A DNA stretch of 64,000 nucleotides from an uncultured Acidimicrobiaceae bacterium (lineage in GTDB: Bacteria > Actinomycetota > Acidimicrobiia > Acidimicrobiales > Bog-793). Below are positions 20,913 to 33,123 of this stretch, piece after piece; position 1 is the first letter of the stretch; the number at the start of each line of letters is the position of its first letter. The stretch covers positions 2,469-66,468 of the forward strand of contig CAVRXQ010000006.1 of assembly GCA_963725215.1 (NCBI GenBank), written 5' to 3'. Below the pieces are notes generated by a model. The model had not been told where the DNA came from. It made no database searches and was given only the letters and a program-made list of their open reading frames with translations. A program made the translations under genes and the position numbers.

Positions 20913-22909
20913 GCCGCCGCCGAGCCACCGCCGTTCGACGTCGACGAGGCCCCCGCGGGGACCGGGATCGGCGCCCCGCCCTGGATTCCGCTGACGACGT
21001 GAACGGCGTCGGGTTGCTCGCCGTGGACAGGCCGCCCGTACGCGGTGTCGATGATCTTCGCCACCTCGGCACCGTCGATCGTCTCCCGCTCCAACAGCGT
21101 CTTCGCGACCGCCTCGAGCCCGGCGCGGTGCTGCTCGAGAACCTCCCTCGCACGGTGCTCTTGATCGCGCAAGATACGCGCGATCTCCTCGTCGACGACG
21201 CGGCTCGTGTCTTCGGAGTAGTCGCGGGTGTGCATCAAGTCCTCGCCCAAAAAGACCGTTCCTTGCGAGCCCCACGCCATCGGGCCGACGCGATCGGACA
21301 TGCCCCACTCGCGCACCATCTTGCGGGCGAGCTCCGTGTTGCGCTGCAGGTCGTCGCTCGCGCCGGTCGACAAATCGCCGTAGATGATGAGCTCCGCGGT
21401 GCGACCGCCCATGCGCACGCACAACGAGTCCTCGATGTACTCGCGGCGGTAGATGTGGCGCTCCTCGACCGGGAGCTGCTGGGTGACACCGAGCGCGAGC
21501 CCGGTCGGGATGATGCTGACCTTCAAGAGCGGATCGGCGTAGGGCAACACGTACGACAAGATCGCGTGGCCGGTCTCGTGGTACGCGATGCGTTCTTTCT
21601 CCGCATCAGAGAGCACGAGCGACTCGCGCTGTTGGCCCATCAGCACGCGGTCGCGCGATGCGTCGAAGTCCTTCATCTCAATCACCGCACTGCCGCGTCG
21701 CACCGCGTGCAGCGCGGCCTCGTTCACCAAGTTGGCGAGGTCCGCTCCGCTCATCCCTGGCGTTCCCCTCGCGACGAGTTCCAAGTCGACGTCCGGCCCG
21801 ATCCGCTTGTCTCTGCAGTGAACCTGGAGGATCGGTGTGCGCTCGGACAGGTCGGGCAGGGGGACGACGATCTGGCGGTCGAAACGGCCGGGGCGCAAGA
21901 GCGCCGGGTCCAAGATGTCCGGGCGGTTCGTCGCCGCCATCATGACCACGCCTTCGGCGGAGTCGAAACCGTCCATCTCCGACAGCATCTGGTTGAGCGT
22001 TTGCTCGCGCTCGTCGTGTCCGCCGCCGAGACCCGCGCCGCGCTTTCTTCCGATCGAGTCGATCTCGTCGACAAAGATGATCGCCGGCGCCTGCTTGCGC
22101 GCCGTCATGAACAGGTCGCGCACCCGGCTCGCGCCGACGCCGACGAACATCTCCATGAAGTCCGATCCGCTCACCGAGAGGAACGGCACGCCCGCCTCGC
22201 CGGCGACCGCCCGGGCGAGCAGGGTCTTTCCGGTCCCCGGCGGGCCGACGAGGAGCACGCCCTTTGGGATGCGGGCGCCGATCTCACGGAATCGCCCGGG
22301 GGACTTCAAGAACTCGACGACCTCGGAGATCTCCTGTTTCACGCCGGCGTATCCGGCGACGTCGGCGAAGGTCGTCCGCGGGCGTTCGGTCGAGTAGACC
22401 TTCGCCCGGCTGCGTCCGATCGACATGATCCCCGTCATCTGGCCCTGGGCTCTTCGCTGCAGCCAGATGAACAACACGACGATCGCCACGACTGGCAGCA
22501 GGTAGATGATGAGGTCCGGGACGATGCTCGACCCCGGCGTCTGGAACTGCACCTTGGCGCCCGAGGACTCGAGGGCGGAGATCTCGGTCTGGGTGGGGGT
22601 GATCGGACCGGTCGTCGAGTAGGCCTCGCCGCCGTTGTACTGCGTGTTGTAAAAGCCGGTGATCGCGCCGCTCGAGTTGTTGACGTTGATCGTGCTGAAC
22701 TCGTGCTGGGAGAGGTCGTGCTGGAACGTGCTCCACTTGATCGGGTGGGCGTTGGAGCGGGAGAGGAACGACGAGCCGAACAACACGAGCACGAGCACGA
22801 CGAGGAGTCCGGCGATCACCCACCGCCAGGTGTTGTCACCACCCTGGCCGGGCGTGCCGGGACCACCCTGGTTGTTCTGCTGACGGAGATCGTCAGGCCG
22901 CCTGCTCAC
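20858..22909 (-). CDS. ftsH: ATP-dependent zinc metalloprotease FtsH
   Basis: Two TMs, [41 protein letters not shown]; start at GTG 22909 after GAGG (ORF open to 22951). Confidence 0.95.
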   Translation of the reverse strand: MSRRPDDLRQQNNQGGPGTPGQGGDNTWRWVIAGLLVVLVLVLFGSSFLSRSNAHPIKWSTFQHDLSQHEFSTINVNNSSGAITGFYNTQYNGGEAYSTTGPITPTQTEISALESSGAKVQFQTPGSSIVPDLIIYLLPVVAIVVLFIWLQRRAQGQMTGIMSIGRSRAKVYSTERPRTTFADVAGYAGVKQEISEVVEFLKSPGRFREIGARIPKGVLLVGPPGTGKTLLARAVAGEAGVPFLSVSGSDFMEMFVGVGASRVRDLFMTARKQAPAIIFVDEIDSIGRKRGAGLGGGHDEREQTLNQMLSEMDGFDSAEGVVMMAATNRPDILDPALLRPGRFDRQIVVPLPDLSERTPILQVHCRDKRIGPDVDLELVARGTPGMSGADLANLVNEAALHAVRRGSAVIEMKDFDASRDRVLMGQQRESLVLSDAEKERIAYHETGHAILSYVLPYADPLLKVSIIPTGLALGVTQQLPVEERHIYRREYIEDSLCVRMGGRTAELIIYGDLSTGASDDLQRNTELARKMVREWGMSDRVGPMAWGSQGTVFLGEDLMHTRDYSEDTSRVVDEEIARILRDQEHRAREVLEQHRAGLEAVAKTLLERETIDGAEVAKIIDTAYGRPVHGEQPDAVHVVSGIQGGAPIPVPAGASSTSNGGGSAAAQSSGMAAGEVKPVDPLA

Positions 22910-22967
22910 CGCCTCATCGTACGCCTGGCCTGGCAGATTTCCGGTCGTCACGACCTGTGAAAAGACC

Positions 22968-23750
22968 TTGAACAGCGTCGTCTCCGCACGCGGCGGCGCG
23001 CGACCAGGCGTCGAAGGCGCGAACGCCTACGGACTCGGTTTCGCGCTCGGCGGCGCGGCGGTCGGCTTCGTGCTCGGATCGATCGGCGTCTCGGCCTACG
23101 ACCACGCCACACACACGGCTTCTTCGACGGTCAGCTTCGGCGGCGACCTCGTCAGCCTCTTCGGGCTCTGGATCGGATTCGTCGGCGCGGCGATCCTCGC
23201 CGTACGGAGCCAGCGCCGCGAGCGGCGCGCCTCGTTGTTCCACGCCCTTCGTGACGAGCTCGGGCTCTCGATCCGCGCCTGGCCCGATGTTCCCCTCGGC
23301 GCGGTCGTCGGCCTCCTCGCGCAGTTGGCGCTCGTGCCGCTTTTGGAGCTTCCCCTTCTTCCGTTCGTCCCGCACCTTTTTCACCGGCTTTCCCAGCCGG
23401 CGCGTTCGCTCACCGATCACGTGCACGGCCCCGGCCTCGTCCTGATCGGCGTGCTCGTCTGTGTCGGAAGCCCGATCGTCGAAGAGACGTTTTTCCGAGG
23501 TCTGCTCATGCGGTCGTTGATCGGAACCTTCGTCCGCCGATCTCGCAGGGGAGCGGTCGCCGCGGCCGTCGTACTCACCGGGGTCCTCTTCGGCCTCGCG
23601 CACTTCGAGGCGCTGCAGCTGATCGCATTGTGCGGATTCGGGATCGTCCTCGGACTCCTCGCGGCGACGACCGGTCGGCTGGGGCCGGGGATCGTCGCGC
23701 ACGCCGCGTTCAATGCCCTTGCCTTTTTCACGATCGCCGGCATTCACTAA
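22968..23750 (+). CDS. CPBP family intramembrane metalloprotease (CAAX/Abi)
   Basis: PIVEETFFRG, FGLAHF, AHAAFN motifs in a multi-TM protein. Confidence 0.88.
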   Translation: MNSVVSARGGARPGVEGANAYGLGFALGGAAVGFVLGSIGVSAYDHATHTASSTVSFGGDLVSLFGLWIGFVGAAILAVRSQRRERRASLFHALRDELGLSIRAWPDVPLGAVVGLLAQLALVPLLELPLLPFVPHLFHRLSQPARSLTDHVHGPGLVLIGVLVCVGSPIVEETFFRGLLMRSLIGTFVRRSRRGAVAAAVVLTGVLFGLAHFEALQLIALCGFGIVLGLLAATTGRLGPGIVAHAAFNALAFFTIAGIH

Positions 23751-23801
23751 CCGTTCTCGACGGGGGCTTCGCGCCGAGTTCAACAGGTAGCGTTCGACCC
23801 T

Positions 23802-25193
23802 GTGGCGAAACCGGACTCGCTCGATCGAATCTTCAAGGCGTACGACGTACGCGGCATCGTTCCCGACGAGCTCGACCGCCGCGTCGCGTTCGCCATCGGC
23901 GCGGCGTTCGCGCAATTCGCGAAAGAACGCGACGGCGACGGTCCGCTGATCGTCGCCCACGACATGCGGACGTCGGGCGGCGAACTCGCAGAGGCGTTCG
24001 GCGCTGGCGTCGAGGACGCGGGCGGCGAGCTCCGCGCGATCGGTCTCGCCTCGACTGACCTTTTGTACTTCGCCTCCGGACGCCTCCCTGGTGCTGCCGC
24101 CATGCTCACCGCCTCGCACAACCCGCCCGAATGGAACGGGATCAAGTTCTGCTTGTCGGGAGCGCGCCCCGTCGCGCAGGACTCGGGACTCGAAGAGATC
24201 AAGGAGCTCGCGCAAAAGCGACTCGGCGCGCTCTCCGACGATTTCGTCGTCGGCTCCCCGAAGCTCGATCAACGTGACTGGCTCGGAGAGTTCGCAGAAC
24301 ACGTGCGGAGCTTCGTCGAGGTGAAGAAGCTGAAAGGGCTGGACGTCGTCGCGGACACCGCGAATGGCATGGGGGGGCTGATCGCGCCGTCGGTGTTCGG
24401 TGGGCTCCCGTGCTCGCTCGACCTCATGTACGGGGAACTCGACGGAACCTTCCCGAATCACCCCGCGAACCCGATCGATCCGAAGAACCTCGCCGACTTG
24501 CAGGCGCGCATCCTGCACATCGGTGCCGACGTCGGTCTGGCCTTCGATGGCGACGCCGATCGCGTCTTTCTCGTCGACGAGACCGGCGAGCCGCTGTCGG
24601 GCTCGACCACGACGGCGATCGTCGCGAGTTCGATCCTCGACAAGAACCCAGGGGCGACGGTGCTCTACAACCTCATTTGTTCAAAGTCCGTCCCCGAGGT
24701 GATCGCAGAACACGGCGGAGTCGGCGAGCGCACCAGAGTCGGCCACTCGTTCATCAAGGCAGAGATGGCGCGCACCGATGCCGTGTTCGCCGGGGAGCAC
24801 TCGGGTCACTATTACTTCCGTGACAATTTCCGCGCCGACTCCGGGATCATCGCGGCGGTCGTGGTGCTGGAGGCGCTGTCCGTCGCCGACGTTCCGCTCT
24901 CGGAATTGCGCCGCCCCTTTGAGCGCTACTCGGACTCGGGAGAGATCAACACCCCGGTCCCCGACCCGAAACAAACCATCGGCTCGGTCGCCGAGCACTA
25001 CGCAAATTCGGGAGCCGAGATGGACTGGCTCGACGGCCTGACAGTCGACTTCGGCGAGTGGTGGTTCAACCTCCGCCCGTCGAACACCGAAGCCTTGCTG
25101 CGCTTGAACGTCGAGGCCGCCTATGACGACGCCCTCGAGGCTCGCGTGGCCGAGGTGCTCGAGCTCGTGCGCGGGCACGAGTACGGGGGTTGA
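23802..25193 (+). CDS. manB: Phosphomannomutase/phosphoglucomutase
   Basis: FKAYDVRG, TASHNP, DGDADR, GEHSGHYYF, RPSNTE. Confidence 0.93.
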   Translation: MAKPDSLDRIFKAYDVRGIVPDELDRRVAFAIGAAFAQFAKERDGDGPLIVAHDMRTSGGELAEAFGAGVEDAGGELRAIGLASTDLLYFASGRLPGAAAMLTASHNPPEWNGIKFCLSGARPVAQDSGLEEIKELAQKRLGALSDDFVVGSPKLDQRDWLGEFAEHVRSFVEVKKLKGLDVVADTANGMGGLIAPSVFGGLPCSLDLMYGELDGTFPNHPANPIDPKNLADLQARILHIGADVGLAFDGDADRVFLVDETGEPLSGSTTTAIVASSILDKNPGATVLYNLICSKSVPEVIAEHGGVGERTRVGHSFIKAEMARTDAVFAGEHSGHYYFRDNFRADSGIIAAVVVLEALSVADVPLSELRRPFERYSDSGEINTPVPDPKQTIGSVAEHYANSGAEMDWLDGLTVDFGEWWFNLRPSNTEALLRLNVEAAYDDALEARVAEVLELVRGHEYGG

Positions 25194-25197
25194 GGCG

Positions 25198-25458
25198 ATG
25201 ACGCTCGACCCGTTTCTGATCGAGATCCTCGTCGATCCCGAGGACAAATCCGAGCTGTGGTACTTCGCCGACGAGGACGCGCTCTACAACCCGCGACTAA
25301 AGAGGCGCTACTCCGTGAGCGACGGCATTCCGATCCTTCTCGTCGAGGAGGCAGAAACCGTCGACGAAGAAGAAGCGCGTCGCCTCGAGGCGCGCGCGAA
25401 GGACGCCGTCGTGACCGGGGCCGGTCCAACAACCGATCAGCCGGGCGCTGAAAGCTGA
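25198..25458 (+). CDS. Trm112/YcaR family protein
   Basis: LDPFLIEILVDPEDK...RYSVSDGIPILLVEEA; usual position after PMM. Confidence 0.85.
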   Translation: MTLDPFLIEILVDPEDKSELWYFADEDALYNPRLKRRYSVSDGIPILLVEEAETVDEEEARRLEARAKDAVVTGAGPTTDQPGAES

Positions 25459-25502
25459 GCACGCCCTCGCGTGGCGGCCTCACCACCGGGTCACGATCGA
25501 AG

Positions 25503-26507
25503 GTGAGCCTCGACGACATTGGCATGAACGACGCGATCGTGCGGATCCCGGAGTTCCTCGCACGCACCGACTCCCGTGCTGACGCCTTCGAAGGAGCAAT
25601 TTCCGTCGCTCCGAGCGAGGTCCTTGTGATCGGCGGCAGCATCGCCGCGCACGCGACCGAGTTCGTGAACGCGTGCCTCGGTGAGACGCTCCGGGTACCG
25701 GTCAGTGCCTTCGCCCCGTCTCTGACACCCGACCGTGTTGGACCCTCGACCGTCGTCATCGTCGTCGCCACCACGTCAGCCGACGAACAGGTGCTCGACG
25801 TCGCGCGAGTCGCGGCAGGACGCGGGGCGCCCGTTGTCGTCCTTCATCGCGACGGGACGACGCTCGATCTCACGGGATTGCCCGGAGCGCTGCGCCTCGC
25901 GTTGCCGTCTGTGCCGCGGTCGCGCCTCAGTCTGTACGCGGTCGTCGCCGAGCTCCTACGGGTGCTTGAGGTGGCGAAGGTCGCCCAGGGAACTGGCGCG
26001 ATGCTCGACGCGGCGGCCGAGCGGGCGCGGGCGCGAACCGTCGGTCCGTTCGCCTACGCGACCTTCGGAGACACCTACGCCCGCCGCCTCGGTCGCACCT
26101 TTCCCCTTCTCGTCGGCGCACCCGGGGTCGGCCTGGCGGCGGCCAGGTGGTGGCAGGCGGCGATCGCCGCCAATTCCCGCCGCTTCGCCCACGCCGAGAG
26201 CACCGCGGAGTACCACGCCGCCCTGCTCGCGGGGTTCGGCCAGTCCGGTGACGTCACGCGCCAGGTGGCGACGTTGGTCCTGTTGCGGAGCGGATTCGAT
26301 CCCCCCGAGGCGGCCTCGGTCTTCGATGCAATCGAGGAGTGGCTCTCAGAAGCGGTCGCCGACGTCCTTACGATTGACGCCGAGGGCCCTTGTTCGCTCG
26401 CCCAGCTCATCGACCTCGCGGTGCTCGGAGAACTCACCTCGATGTCGCTCGCCGCCGCGGAGGGCATCGACCCAGGTCCCGCCCCGCTTATCGACGAGGA
26501 AGAATGA
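25503..26507 (+). CDS. SIS-domain protein, bifunctional PGI/PMI-like (divergent)
   Basis: Position between Trm112 and ahcY; AARWWQAAIAANSRRFA region resembles the PGI/PMI C-terminal domain; weak motif conservation. Confidence 0.65.
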   Translation: MSLDDIGMNDAIVRIPEFLARTDSRADAFEGAISVAPSEVLVIGGSIAAHATEFVNACLGETLRVPVSAFAPSLTPDRVGPSTVVIVVATTSADEQVLDVARVAAGRGAPVVVLHRDGTTLDLTGLPGALRLALPSVPRSRLSLYAVVAELLRVLEVAKVAQGTGAMLDAAAERARARTVGPFAYATFGDTYARRLGRTFPLLVGAPGVGLAAARWWQAAIAANSRRFAHAESTAEYHAALLAGFGQSGDVTRQVATLVLLRSGFDPPEAASVFDAIEEWLSEAVADVLTIDAEGPCSLAQLIDLAVLGELTSMSLAAAEGIDPGPAPLIDEEE

Positions 26508-28846
<2,339 letters not shown>

Positions 28847-28859
28847 GTCAGGAGTGCGT

Positions 28860-29696
28860 GTGACTTCGACCCTGTACAAGTACGACGCAGCCGGGAACGA
28901 CTTCCTCGTGAGCGTCGACTGGGAACGCGAGCTTCGCTTCGACGCGGCGTACGCGACGTCGGTGTGCGATCGCCATCACGGCGTCGGCGCCGACGGACTG
29001 ATCCGGGTCTCGCAACCGAAAAAGGGCGCGTCGTTCCGCATGGACCTTTTGAACTCGGACGGGTCGACGGCGGAGACGAGTGGGAACGGACTGCGTTGCG
29101 CGCTCTTGTGTGCGCTCGAAGAAGGCGTCGTCCGACCCGGTGCCGCGCTCGTCGAAACCGCGGCAGGCGAGGTCGCGGCGTCGATCGGCGCTGGTACCCA
29201 CGGGTCCCAGCCGCTGATCCGAGTGGAGATGGGGCGGGCGCGTGTGCGGGCGCTCGAGGTGTCGCCCGTTCCAGGAACGCGCGCCTTTTCGGGTGAAATC
29301 GGCAATCCCCACCTCGTCCTGATCGGGGACAAGACCGACCAAGTCGACCTCGCCCATCTCGGATCAGAACTCGTCGACGCGGTCGCGGGCGGGCAGAACG
29401 TGATGGCGATCGCGCCGGCCGATGCGGCCGACGAGCTCGACCTCGTGGCGTACGAGCGCGGTTGTGGTTTCACCCTCGCCTGCGGGTCTGGGAGCGCGGT
29501 GGCCGCCGTGGCCGCGCATTTAGCCGGTTTCGTCGGAGAAAAAGTCGTCGTCCACAACCCAGGCGGGGACCTCTTCGTCGAACTCGGGCGTCGTGACGGC
29601 GGCTTCAGCGTCGCCGTCTCGGGTCCCGCCCGTCGCGTCGCCGTGGTGACGATCGACGAGGACGAGATCGCGTCGCGCGAGGTATTCGCGTCGTGA
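28860..29696 (+). CDS. dapF: Diaminopimelate epimerase, variant (ETSGNG in place of xxCGNG)
   Basis: KYDAAGNDF, GADG, NSDGS, SGNGLRC, GNPH, ERGCGFTLACGSG; GGAG upstream of GTG 28860. Confidence 0.9.
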   Translation: MTSTLYKYDAAGNDFLVSVDWERELRFDAAYATSVCDRHHGVGADGLIRVSQPKKGASFRMDLLNSDGSTAETSGNGLRCALLCALEEGVVRPGAALVETAAGEVAASIGAGTHGSQPLIRVEMGRARVRALEVSPVPGTRAFSGEIGNPHLVLIGDKTDQVDLAHLGSELVDAVAGGQNVMAIAPADAADELDLVAYERGCGFTLACGSGSAVAAVAAHLAGFVGEKVVVHNPGGDLFVELGRRDGGFSVAVSGPARRVAVVTIDEDEIASREVFAS

Positions 29697-30994
29697 GCCT
29701 GATCGAGCGGCAGTTCCGCGAGCGCATCGTGCTCGTCGGCGTCGTGACCTTTCCCCGCGGCCTCGCCGACGTCGAGGCGAGTCTCGACGAGCTGGCGCTG
29801 TTGATCGACACCGCCGGTGCGGACGAGGTCGGGCGGGTACTGCAGGCGCGCGATGCGCCGGATCCCGCGACCTATATCGGGCGGGGAAAGGCCGAGGAGC
29901 TCCACTCGCTGTGCGAGACCGTAGATGCCGACACCGTTGTCTTCGACGACGAGCTGACGCCGGGACAACAGCGGAACCTCGAACAGATCCTCGGGAGGAC
30001 CGCGATCGACCGAACCGCCGTGATCCTCGACATCTTCGCCCAGAACGCCCGCTCGGAAGAAGGACGGGCGCAAGTCGAGCTGGCGCTGTTGCAGTACCGG
30101 TTGCCGAGACTGCGCGGGAAAGGATCGATCCTCTCCCAACAAGCGGGTCGGATCGGAACACGTGGTCCCGGTGAGACCCAGCTCGAGGTCGACCGGCGGA
30201 GGATCATGCGGCGCATCCGCTCCCTCGCGGCCGAGCTGCGCGCGCTCGAACAAACGCGCTCCACGCAGAGACGAGCGCGAAGGCGCGGCGCGAAGCGCAC
30301 GGTCTCGCTCGTCGGCTACACGAACAGCGGCAAGTCGACCCTCCTCAACGCGCTCACCGACGCCGACGTCCTCGTCGGCAACCGGCTCTTCGCGACGCTC
30401 GATCCGCGCACTCGGCGCCTCGAGCTGCCCGGCGGTGAGACGGTTCTGTGCTCGGACACCGTCGGATTCGTCCGCAAGCTGCCGCACCAGCTCGTCACGT
30501 CGTTCCACTCGACCCTCGAGACGGTCGCCGATTCGGACCTGCTCGTCCACGTCGTCGATTCCTCGGCCGCCGACCCCGAGGGCCAGATTGCCGCGGTACG
30601 GGCCGTTCTCGTCGAGATCGAAGCGGGAAACGTTCCCGAGCTGTACTGCTTCAACAAGTCCGACCTCGCGAAGAAAGAGGCCGATCGACTGGTCGCGACA
30701 TTTCCGCTCTCCGTCGCCTGCTCGGCGAAGACCGGCGAGGGCCTCGACGTCCTGCTGACTCGGGTGGGCGACGCCCTGCGGGCGAACGACCGCACCGTCG
30801 AGCTCTCCGTCCCTTACGACCGCGGCGACGTGCTCGCCGCCCTCCACCGCAACGGCGAAGTGATCGACCAGCACGACGCCGGCGGAGCGATCGCGGTGCG
30901 CGCCCGGATCGACGAGGCGACGCGGAACCGCTACGCGGAGTTCGCCGTCCCACCGGCGCGTCGTCGCGACAACGGCGAACGTCGAGACTCGTGA
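29693..30994 (+). CDS. hflX: GTPase HflX
   Basis: YIGRGK, ILDIFA, QVELA, GPGETQLEVDRR, GYTNSGKST, LFATLD, DTVGF, NKSD. Confidence 0.96.
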   Translation: MSLIERQFRERIVLVGVVTFPRGLADVEASLDELALLIDTAGADEVGRVLQARDAPDPATYIGRGKAEELHSLCETVDADTVVFDDELTPGQQRNLEQILGRTAIDRTAVILDIFAQNARSEEGRAQVELALLQYRLPRLRGKGSILSQQAGRIGTRGPGETQLEVDRRRIMRRIRSLAAELRALEQTRSTQRRARRRGAKRTVSLVGYTNSGKSTLLNALTDADVLVGNRLFATLDPRTRRLELPGGETVLCSDTVGFVRKLPHQLVTSFHSTLETVADSDLLVHVVDSSAADPEGQIAAVRAVLVEIEAGNVPELYCFNKSDLAKKEADRLVATFPLSVACSAKTGEGLDVLLTRVGDALRANDRTVELSVPYDRGDVLAALHRNGEVIDQHDAGGAIAVRARIDEATRNRYAEFAVPPARRRDNGERRDS

Positions 30995-31063
30995 TCGCGC
31001 CGCCCCTCGCGAATCCGTCACCGGTCGGCCGGCGGGCGTCGCTGTAGCCTCGGCGGCACGCCA

Positions 31064-31894
31064 ATGGACGACCTCGAGCGGCTCGAAAAGAGCATCGACG
31101 AGCTGTGGTCGGCGAAGGACACCCTCGACCGGCGAGACGGTGACGCGCGCCGTTCGATTACCGACGCGATCCGACTGCTCGACTCTGGCGTCGCCCGGGT
31201 CGCGGAGGTCGTCGAGGACGAAGTCGTCGTCCACGCGTGGTTGCGCGAAGCGATCCTTTTGTACTTCCTCGTCTCGGAGATCGAAGTTGCCGAGCTCGGC
31301 CCGTTCGAATTCGCCGACAAGATCCCGCTCAAAAAGGGCTACGCGGAAGCCGGCGTGCGTGTCGTCCCCGGGGCCTCGGCGCGCTTCGGGTCTTTTTTGG
31401 ACCGCGGCGTCGTGATGATGCCGAGCTACGTGAACATCGGGGCGCGCGTCGGCGCGGAGTCGATGGTCGACACGTGGGCGACGGTCGGGTCGTGCGCCCA
31501 GGTCGGCGCGCGGGTGCACCTCTCGGGCGGGGTCGGTATCGGGGGCGTGCTCGAACCGCCGAACGCCGTGCCGGTCGTGATCGAGGACGAGGCGATGATC
31601 GGGAGCCGATCGATGGTGACCGAAGGGGCCCGCGTCGGACAAGGGGCGGTACTCGGCGCCGGCGCGATCCTCACCGGGTCGATGCCCGTCTACGACGCGG
31701 AGTCCGGAACGGAGCTCTCCCGCGGTCGGGTGCCGGCGTGGTCGGTAGCGGTGAGCGCGTCGCGTCGCCGCGAGTTCCCAGGTGGTGAGTTCTTCCTGCC
31801 GTGTGTGCTTGTGTTGCGCCGTCTCAGCCCGGGCGAGCGCCACGACAAGGCGCAGCTGAACGAGATCCTTCGGGACGCGGGGGTCTCAAAGTGA
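31064..31894 (+). CDS. dapD: Tetrahydrodipicolinate N-succinyltransferase (E. coli-type DapD)
   Basis: DKIPLK, PSYVNIGA, MVDTWATVGSCAQ, HLSGGVGIGGVLEP. Confidence 0.95.
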   Translation: MDDLERLEKSIDELWSAKDTLDRRDGDARRSITDAIRLLDSGVARVAEVVEDEVVVHAWLREAILLYFLVSEIEVAELGPFEFADKIPLKKGYAEAGVRVVPGASARFGSFLDRGVVMMPSYVNIGARVGAESMVDTWATVGSCAQVGARVHLSGGVGIGGVLEPPNAVPVVIEDEAMIGSRSMVTEGARVGQGAVLGAGAILTGSMPVYDAESGTELSRGRVPAWSVAVSASRRREFPGGEFFLPCVLVLRRLSPGERHDKAQLNEILRDAGVSK

Positions 31895-32970
31895 CGGCGC
31901 CACGCGCCGATCTGCTGGAGCTCACCGCCGAGCTCGTCGACACCCCCTCTGTGAGCGGCAACGAGGCGGCGATCGCCTCGTTCGTCGAGCAAGCGCTGAT
32001 CGGTGTCGAGGGGATCGAGACGACCCGCCTGGCTGACAACGTCGTCGCCCGCACGCACCTTGGACGGCCAAGTCGAATCGTCCTCGCCGGACACCTCGAC
32101 ACGGTTCCCGCGGCGGGAAACGACCACGCGCGCATCGAGGGCGACCGATGCCGGGGCGTCGGAAGCGCCGACATGAAGGGTGGCGTCGCAGTGGCGCTCG
32201 AGCTCGCTCGGCAAGTCGCGAATCCGCGCGTCGACGTGACCTTCGTCTTCTACGCCTGCGAGGAGACCGGGCGGGCGAACTCCGGGCTCGCTGCCCTCGA
32301 CGAGGCTCACCCCGAACTGCTGCTCGCCGACGCGGCGATCCTCCTCGAGCCGACGGCGGCCGTCGTCGAGGCGGGCTGCCAGGGCGTGATGCGCCTCGCC
32401 CTGCGGACCCAGGGCAGGCGGGCGCACGTCGCGCGGCCGTGGACGGGGACGAACGCGATCCACCGACTGGCGAAAGCCCTCGATCGCGTCGCTTCATTCG
32501 AAGAGCGACGCCCGGTCCTCGACGGCTGTGAGTACCGAGAGTCGCTCCAGGCGGTGAGCGTCGAAGGGGGAGTTGCGGGAAACGTCGTGCCGGACCTCGC
32601 TCTCGCGCACCTGAGCTATCGATTCGCGCCGGACAGAGACACTCCGAGCGCGTTCGCGGCTGTCGAAGAGCTCATCGGCCCGGTCCTCGACGCGTCGATC
32701 GGCGACGCGCTCGACATCGAAGAGGTCGACATTGCCGCCCCACCTTCCCTCGATCACCCGCTGCTCGCCGAGCTCGTCGAGAAGTCCGGCGCCGCTCCGC
32801 GGGCCAAACTCGGCTGGACCGACGTCGCGCACTTCTCAGAGCGCGGGATCCCGGCGGCGAATTTCGGTCCCGGGGATCCTGAGCTCGCGCACCGCCCCGA
32901 CGAGTTCGTGACGAGGGACGACTTGGAACAGACGTTCGCGACGTTGTTGTCGTTGATCCAAGCGGACTGA
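31891..32970 (+). CDS. dapE: Succinyl-diaminopimelate desuccinylase
   Basis: GHLDTVP, GSADMKGG, CEE, EAGCQG, AHVARPW, GWTDVA, NFGPGDP; coupled to dapD by GTGA. Confidence 0.92.
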   Translation: MTAPRADLLELTAELVDTPSVSGNEAAIASFVEQALIGVEGIETTRLADNVVARTHLGRPSRIVLAGHLDTVPAAGNDHARIEGDRCRGVGSADMKGGVAVALELARQVANPRVDVTFVFYACEETGRANSGLAALDEAHPELLLADAAILLEPTAAVVEAGCQGVMRLALRTQGRRAHVARPWTGTNAIHRLAKALDRVASFEERRPVLDGCEYRESLQAVSVEGGVAGNVVPDLALAHLSYRFAPDRDTPSAFAAVEELIGPVLDASIGDALDIEEVDIAAPPSLDHPLLAELVEKSGAAPRAKLGWTDVAHFSERGIPAANFGPGDPELAHRPDEFVTRDDLEQTFATLLSLIQAD

Positions 32971-33123
32971 CCTTTCGGGCCGGCGTGCTCGCCGGTCGGT
33001 ACGATCTGGTCGGCGCGCCGGGAAGCCTGGTCGGCACCGAATTGGAGGCCGACCGTATGCGCCGTGTTCGACTTGATCGACGCAATCTGAGCGCGCCCCC
33101 CGCGGCGCGGTCGCGGCACCCTC

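Noticed and set aside
19788-24518. Long ORFs 19788-21422 -, 20615-22960 +, 22914-24518 -
   Set aside because: Antisense or off-frame shadows of DUF5719, ftsH, CPBP and PMM
28976-31843. 955-aa minus-strand ORF
   Set aside because: Antisense to dapF-hflX-dapD, no recognisable domain
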